From positions 1-48,435 of the forward strand of contig CAYSRL010000001.1 of NCBI GenBank assembly GCA_964433515.1: 48,435 nucleotides of DNA. Direction: 5' to 3'. This document shows, in pieces, positions 43,518 to 48,435 of the stretch. How positions within the stretch are numbered: position 1 is the stretch's first letter; each line of letters opens with the position of its first letter. Made by a program: the position numbers and the translations under genes. The notes beneath the pieces are model-generated. The model was not told the DNA's origin, ran no database searches, and saw only the letters and a program-made list of their open reading frames with translations. The stretch is from an uncultured Ruminococcus sp. GTDB taxonomy: Bacteria; Bacillota; Clostridia; Oscillospirales; Acutalibacteraceae.

Positions 43518-44564
43518 ATGAGAAAACGAATGCTGGCAGGAATGATGGGGATATGCCTGTTGTTGGGATGCCTCACCGCCTGCAAACAAGAACCCGAAAA
43601 ATATTCCACGTATTCCTTCGACTTTTTTGATACCGCCACCACCATCACCGGCTATGCCGACAGCCAGGAGGAATTTGACCGGGTGGCAGAAGGTGTTAAA
43701 GCCCAATTATTGGAATACCACCGGCTCTACGACATCTATCTGCGCTATGAGGGGCTTTCCAACCTCTGCACCGTCAACGACCTGGTGGACGGGGCTCACC
43801 CCACCGTGACGGTGGACCGGCGGATCGTCGACCTGCTTGTGTATGCCAAAGAGATGCACCAAACGACCGGCGGAATGGTCAACGTGGCTATGGGCAGTGT
43901 GCTGAAACTCTGGCACGACCGCCGCACCATCGGTGCGGATGACCCCGCCAATGCCACCCTGCCGCCCATGGACAGCCTCCGGGAAGCCGCCCAGCACACG
44001 GATATCCAGGCGGTGGTCATCGACGAGGCGAACAGCACCGTCACCCTCACCGACCCGCTGATGCGGTTGGATGTGGGCGCCATCGCCAAGGGCTATGCGG
44101 TGGAGCAGGTGGCTCTGTGGATGGAACAAGAGGGATACACCGGCTATGTGCTGAACGTGGGCGGTAACGTCCGCACCGTAGGCGGAAAACCGGACGGCTC
44201 CGGATGGGCCGTGGGCATCGAGAACCCTGCCGACACCGCCGCCGATCACATCGCCACGCTGGAACTGAGCGGGATGGCGCTGGTGACCAGCGGATCCTAT
44301 CAGCGGTATTACGTGGTGGACGGTAACCGGTATCACCACATCATCCACCCGGACACCCTGATGCCCTCTGAGGGGCTTTTGTCGGTGTCGGTGGTGTGCC
44401 CCGATTCCGGGCTGGGGGATGCCCTTTCCACCGCCCTGTTCTGTTTGTCCCCCGCCGAGGGACTGGCTTTGGTAGAATCCCTGCCGGAGGTAGAGGCGCT
44501 ATGGGTGGCCGAAGACGGCACCCAAGCGGTTTCCTCCGGATGGAGCAAGTATGTGAAACAATGA
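43518..44564 (+). CDS. apbE: FAD:protein FMN transferase (ApbE/Ftp), lipoprotein
   Basis: 348 aa from MRKRMLAGMMGICLLLGCLTAC (lipobox). ApbE family segments DVGAIAKGYA and LVTSGSYQRY..HHIIHP. The track start is a GTG four codons upstream. Confidence 0.88.
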   Translation: MRKRMLAGMMGICLLLGCLTACKQEPEKYSTYSFDFFDTATTITGYADSQEEFDRVAEGVKAQLLEYHRLYDIYLRYEGLSNLCTVNDLVDGAHPTVTVDRRIVDLLVYAKEMHQTTGGMVNVAMGSVLKLWHDRRTIGADDPANATLPPMDSLREAAQHTDIQAVVIDEANSTVTLTDPLMRLDVGAIAKGYAVEQVALWMEQEGYTGYVLNVGGNVRTVGGKPDGSGWAVGIENPADTAADHIATLELSGMALVTSGSYQRYYVVDGNRYHHIIHPDTLMPSEGLLSVSVVCPDSGLGDALSTALFCLSPAEGLALVESLPEVEALWVAEDGTQAVSSGWSKYVKQ

Positions 44565-44577
44565 GGAGTGTATCGCT

Positions 44578-44949
44578 GTGTTTGATGCGTTTGTAAATCA
44601 TTATGAAAGCCTTTTGCACCAATTTGCCGAGGTGTCCGCTCTGTCGCTGGAGTTTATCGGCGTGGCCATCATCGTTATCGGATCGATCAAGGCACTGGCC
44701 CAGCTTGTGCGCCGTCTGCTCCGCCGGGAGCCCATCAACATCGTTATCGAGTTGGGCAAAACGCTGGCACTGGCGCTGGAATTCAAGATGGGTGCCGAGA
44801 TCATCAAGACGGTTATCGTCCACGACCTGACCGAATTGGCGGTGCTGGGCATCGTCATTCTCATCCGTGCCTTGCTGGCCTTCCTCATCCATTGGGAGAT
44901 CAAAATGGAGAAAAAGGACAACGAAGAGGACGAGAAAAAAGCAGATTAA
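44578..44949 (+). CDS. DUF1622 membrane protein
   Basis: 123 aa with 3-4 TM segments. IGVAIIVIGSIKAL...LALEFKMGAEIIKT is characteristic of DUF1622. GTG start. Confidence 0.65.
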   Translation: MFDAFVNHYESLLHQFAEVSALSLEFIGVAIIVIGSIKALAQLVRRLLRREPINIVIELGKTLALALEFKMGAEIIKTVIVHDLTELAVLGIVILIRALLAFLIHWEIKMEKKDNEEDEKKAD

Positions 44950-44955
44950 CCGACA

Positions 44956-44991
44956 GGGGGAACGGTTTTTGGCCGTTCCCCCTTTATTTTT
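44956..44991 (+). terminator. Rho-independent terminator
   Basis: GGGGGAACGG-tttttgg-CCGTTCCCCC followed by TTTATTTTT. Confidence 0.8.
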
Positions 44992-45005
44992 ATGCGATAA
45001 ATAGG

Positions 45006-45034
45006 TTGAAAAACCAATTTCGGTGTGGTATAAT
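45006..45034 (+). promoter_or_regulatory. Sigma-A promoter candidate for serS
   Basis: TTGAAA (45006-45011), 17-nt spacer, TATAAT (45029-45034). Confidence 0.6.
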
Positions 45035-45070
45035 TTTGTATTATAGTCCCTGAAAGACGGAGGAATTGCT

Positions 45071-46366
45071 ATGCTGGACATTAAGTTTATCCGGGAAAAC
45101 CCGGAAATCGTCAAAGAGAACATCCGCAAAAAGTTTAAGGATGCCAAACTGCCCCTGGTGGACGAGGTCATTGAACTGGACGCCAAAAAGCGGGAGGTCA
45201 ACACCCGGGCCAACGACCTGCGTGCCAACCGCAACAAGATCAGCAAGGAGATCGGCGGGCTGATGGCCAAAGGTCTGCGGGAAGAGGCCGAGCAAAAGAA
45301 ACAGCTGGTCTCTCAGCAGGCGGCTGAACTGGCTCAGTTGGAACAGCAGGAGGCAGAACTGGCCAAGGAACTTTCCGACCGGATGATGAAGATCCCCAAC
45401 ATCATCGACCCCTCTGTCCCCATCGGCAAAAACGACGAGGACAACGTAGAGGTGGAGCGGTATGGCGAAGCCAACCAGGCCGCCTTTGAGATCCCCTATC
45501 ACACCGACATTATGGCGAAATTCAACGGCATCGACAAGACCGCCGCCGGCAAGGTGGCCGGCGAGGGTTTCTATTACCTGATGGGGGATATCGCCCGTCT
45601 GCATTCGGCGGTGCTCTCCTATGCCCGGGACTTTATGATCGATAAGGGCTTTACCTATTGCGTGCCGCCCTTTATGATCCGCTCCAACGTGGTCACCGGC
45701 GTGATGAGCTTTGAGGAAATGGACGCCATGATGTATAAGATCGAGGGCGAGGACCTGTATCTCATCGGCACCAGCGAGCACTCTATGATCGGTAAGTTCA
45801 TCGACACCATCACCAACGAGAGCGAACTGCCCCTGACCCTCACCAGTTATTCCCCCTGTTTCCGCAAGGAGAAGGGCGCCCACGGCATCGAAGAGCGGGG
45901 CATCTATCGCATCCACCAGTTTGAAAAGCAGGAGATGATCGTCATCTGCAAACCGGAGGAGAGCATGGAGTGGTTCAACAAGATGTGGAGTTATTCCGTG
46001 GAGTTGTTCCGGTCTCTGGACATCCCGGTACGCACCCTGGAGTGCTGTTCCGGTGACCTGGCCGACCTGAAGGTGAAATCCTACGACGTGGAGGCCTGGT
46101 CCCCCAAGCAGGGCAAATACTTTGAGGTGTGCTCCTGCTCCAACCTGGGCGACGCCCAGGCCCGCCGTCTGGGCATCCGGGTGAAGGGTGCCGACGGCAA
46201 CAAGTATCTGGCCCACACCCTCAACAACACGGTGGTGGCGCCGCCCCGCATGCTGATCGCCTTCCTGGAGAACAACCTGCAGTTTGACGGCGAGAAGTAT
46301 TCCGTCCGCATCCCCGAGGCTCTGCGCCCCTATATGGGCGGCAAAGAGGTCATCGAGGAGAAGTAA
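45071..46366 (+). CDS. serS: Seryl-tRNA synthetase
   Basis: 431 aa. N-terminal coiled-coil MLDIKFIRENPE. Class II core motifs are present (FRKEKGAHG..GIYRIHQFEK). Confidence 0.95.
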   Translation: MLDIKFIRENPEIVKENIRKKFKDAKLPLVDEVIELDAKKREVNTRANDLRANRNKISKEIGGLMAKGLREEAEQKKQLVSQQAAELAQLEQQEAELAKELSDRMMKIPNIIDPSVPIGKNDEDNVEVERYGEANQAAFEIPYHTDIMAKFNGIDKTAAGKVAGEGFYYLMGDIARLHSAVLSYARDFMIDKGFTYCVPPFMIRSNVVTGVMSFEEMDAMMYKIEGEDLYLIGTSEHSMIGKFIDTITNESELPLTLTSYSPCFRKEKGAHGIEERGIYRIHQFEKQEMIVICKPEESMEWFNKMWSYSVELFRSLDIPVRTLECCSGDLADLKVKSYDVEAWSPKQGKYFEVCSCSNLGDAQARRLGIRVKGADGNKYLAHTLNNTVVAPPRMLIAFLENNLQFDGEKYSVRIPEALRPYMGGKEVIEEK

Positions 46367-46466
46367 TGGAGAAAAAGAGGAAGGGAGATCCCTCCGTCTT
46401 TTGCCTTCGGCAAAATCCACCTCCCTCGGAGAGGGAGGCTACGCTCGATCTTATATTCTTCTAACC

Positions 46467-46506
46467 AAAAAACCACCGCTATCCGGACGGATAGCGGTGG
46501 TTTTTA
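46467..46506. terminator. Bidirectional terminator between convergent serS and dnaJ
   Basis: AAAAAA-CCACCGCTATCCggacGGATAGCGGTGG-TTTTT. Confidence 0.85.
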
Positions 46507-46538
46507 TCTTTTGCGGCGGGAGCAAGCCCCGCCCTATA

Positions 46539-47699
46539 TTACGAAAAATGCTTTTTCAGCGTATCAAAGAAACTTTTGCGTTTCTGGTATTGCTTGTCGC
46601 CGGTGGCGGACTCGAACTGCTGGAGAATCTTCTTCTGCTCTTTGGTGAGGTTTTTCGGCACCTCCACCACGATCTTCAGCAACAGATCGCCGGTGCCACG
46701 GCCGTTCACATAGGGGATGCCCTTGCCCTTGATCCGGAGAATGTCGCCGGGCTGGGTGCCCTCCTTGATGGTATAGGGTATTCTGCCGTCCAGGGTGGGT
46801 ATCTCCACCTCGGCACCCAATGCCGCCTGGGCATAGGTGATGGGCATCTCGTACCAGATATTAAAGCCGTCCCGCTCAAACACCGGATGGGGACGCACCG
46901 ACACCTGCACCTGCAGGTCACCGGCAGGCCCGCCGTTTGTACCGGCGTTGCCACGGCCGGGGACGGTGATCACCTGTCCGTCCGCAATGCCGGCGGGTAT
47001 GTTGATGCCCACCTGCTCGGCCTGGCGCACCCGCCCCTGGCCGCCGCAAGAGGTGCAGGGACTCTCGATGATGCGGCCTTTACCCTGACACCGGGGACAG
47101 GGGGACTGGGTCTGCATCACGCCGAAGGGGGTGCGCTGTTGACGGCTCACCTGACCGGTGCCGCCACACTGGGGGCAACTGGTGGGGCTGGTGCCTCTTT
47201 TGGCACCGGTGCCGCCGCAGTCGGAACAGGTGACGATCTTCTGCACCGACACCTTTTTCTTACAACCCTTGGCCGCCTCTTCAAAAGAAATGACCACCGT
47301 GGCGGCCACGTCACTGCCCTGTCGGGGGGCATTGGGGTTCTGCCGACGGCCTGTGCCGCCAAAACCGCCGCCAAAGCCGCCGCCGAAAATGGAGGAGAAA
47401 ATGTCGCCGATATCCCCGAAGTCCACATCCACGCCACCGCCCCAGCCACCGGCACCGGCGCCGAAATTGGGGTCTACGCCGGCGTGGCCAAACTGGTCGT
47501 AGCGACTCTTTTTCTGGGGGTCGGACAGCACCTCATAGGCCTCGCCCACCTCTTTGAATTTTGCCTCCGCCACCTTGTCACCGGGGTGCAGGTCGGGGTG
47601 GTATTCCTTCGCCATCCTGCGATAGGCTTTTTTGATCTCGTCGTCTGAGGCGCCTTTGTTAACGCCCAGCACCTCGTAATAATCCCGTTTATCCGCCAT
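46539..47699 (-). CDS. dnaJ: Molecular chaperone DnaJ
   Basis: 386 aa. J-domain with HPD (YHPDLHP), a Gly-rich linker, and four CxxCxGxG zinc-finger repeats. Confidence 0.95.
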   Translation of the reverse strand: MADKRDYYEVLGVNKGASDDEIKKAYRRMAKEYHPDLHPGDKVAEAKFKEVGEAYEVLSDPQKKSRYDQFGHAGVDPNFGAGAGGWGGGVDVDFGDIGDIFSSIFGGGFGGGFGGTGRRQNPNAPRQGSDVAATVVISFEEAAKGCKKKVSVQKIVTCSDCGGTGAKRGTSPTSCPQCGGTGQVSRQQRTPFGVMQTQSPCPRCQGKGRIIESPCTSCGGQGRVRQAEQVGINIPAGIADGQVITVPGRGNAGTNGGPAGDLQVQVSVRPHPVFERDGFNIWYEMPITYAQAALGAEVEIPTLDGRIPYTIKEGTQPGDILRIKGKGIPYVNGRGTGDLLLKIVVEVPKNLTKEQKKILQQFESATGDKQYQKRKSFFDTLKKHFS

Positions 47700-47725
47700 A
47701 GGAAATTCTCCTTAGAAACACCGGT

Positions 47726-47750
47726 CACCGCCCGACAAAGTCGGGCGGTG
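47726..47750 (-). other. Intercistronic hairpin between dnaK and dnaJ
   Basis: CACCGCCCGAC-aaa-GTCGGGCGGTG. There is no clean T-run, so it is probably an mRNA processing/stability element or a partial terminator. Confidence 0.4.
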
Positions 47751-47761
47751 GTGTGTGCAAA

Positions 47762-48435
47762 TTAGTTCACAGTGCCATCGTAGAAACCGTCACCGTCGGG
47801 GGTGGCGGTGCCGTCGGGGGCCGCACCGCCCTCGGGAGCGCCCTGGGCTGCGGCGGCCTGATACAGCTTCTCGCTGACGGCGTAGAAGGATTTGGTCAGT
47901 TCCTCCTGCTTCGCCTTGATGGCCTCGATGTCCTCGCCCTTAAGAGCCTCTTTCAGAGCGTCGATCTTGCCCTGCAGTTCGGTCTTGTCGGCCTCGTCGA
48001 TCTTGTCGCCCATCTCCTCGATGGTCTTCTCAGACTGATACACCATCTGGTCGGCGTTGTTGCGGGTGTCCACCGCCTCACGGCGGGCCTTATCCTCGGC
48101 GGCATACTGCTCTGCCTCGTGCACCGCCTTCTCCACATCCTCCTTGGACATATTGGTGTTGGAGGTGATGGTGATGTGCTGCTCACGGCCGGTGCCCAGA
48201 TCCTTGGCGGACACGTTCACGATGCCGTTGGCGTCGATGTCGAAGGTAACCTCGATCTGGGGCACGCCACGGCGAGCCGGGGCGATGCCGTCCAGATGGA
48301 ACATACCCAGAGTCTTGTTGTCCCGGGCAAACTCACGCTCACCCTGCAACACGTGCACCTCCACAGAGGGCTGGTTGTCGGCGGCGGTGGAGAAGATCTG
48401 GCTCTTCTTGGTGGGGATGGTGGTGTTGCGGTCGA
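47762..48435 (-). CDS. dnaK: Molecular chaperone DnaK, C-terminal portion; the gene continues past the window edge
   Basis: Contains [27 protein letters not shown]-like sequence, DIDANGIV and a lid domain. The reading frame stays open to nt 48435. The track only reports from an internal Met. Confidence 0.93.
   Translation of the reverse strand, partial: DRNTTIPTKKSQIFSTAADNQPSVEVHVLQGEREFARDNKTLGMFHLDGIAPARRGVPQIEVTFDIDANGIVNVSAKDLGTGREQHITITSNTNMSKEDVEKAVHEAEQYAAEDKARREAVDTRNNADQMVYQSEKTIEEMGDKIDEADKTELQGKIDALKEALKGEDIEAIKAKQEELTKSFYAVSEKLYQAAAAQGAPEGGAAPDGTATPDGDGFYDGTVN

Noticed and set aside
44950-45070. A possible T-box leader upstream of serS.
   Set aside because: Only ~35 nt separate the putative -10 box from the start codon. 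There is no specifier loop, T-box sequence or terminator/antiterminator pair. The hairpin at 44956-44991 is the terminator of the upstream operon.

Overview
48.4 kb chromosomal segment of a moderately high-GC Firmicute. Gene content (Rnf complex, DUF4830, BofC-like protein, dnaK-dnaJ) suggests Clostridia, perhaps Oscillospiraceae/Ruminococcaceae-like; this is inference. I saw no rRNA, tRNA, CRISPR array, transposase or integrase.

Most of the window is housekeeping: rsuA, asnB, a purine permease, guaA, PBP1A, hom, aspartokinase, rnfCDGEAB, apbE, serS, dnaJ and dnaK.

Four regions are not routine:
1. 5444-15945 is a 10-gene minus-strand surface-glycan locus. It has a PglC-type initiating transferase, a PglE/EpsN-type aminotransferase, a Wzx flippase and a Wzy-like polymerase. 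I recognise no classical glycosyltransferase. It carries an ATP-grasp ligase, a FemAB-like transferase, a PLP-fold protein, and a DltA/DltC-like ligase and carrier pair with a hexapeptide acyltransferase.
2. 38180-44949 holds an RnfG with two FMN-binding domains. The rnf operon is then extended by NusG-II, a Gx transporter, an internally duplicated lipoprotein, ApbE and DUF1622, a candidate extracytoplasmic flavinylation and electron-transfer module.
3. 22166-26438 is a Zur-controlled zinc-uptake module with two uncharacterised Cys/His-rich accessory proteins. It looks more AT-rich than its surroundings and is bracketed by two copies of an identical ~40-nt terminator hairpin.
4. 16188-18906 is an orphan operon of two tandem MmgE/PrpD paralogs.

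There is also a GATase-less guaA coupled to a CofE-like gene.

The many long ORFs antisense to these genes are treated as high-GC artefacts. All functional calls rest on reading the translated ORFs and recalling family motifs. No database search was run.
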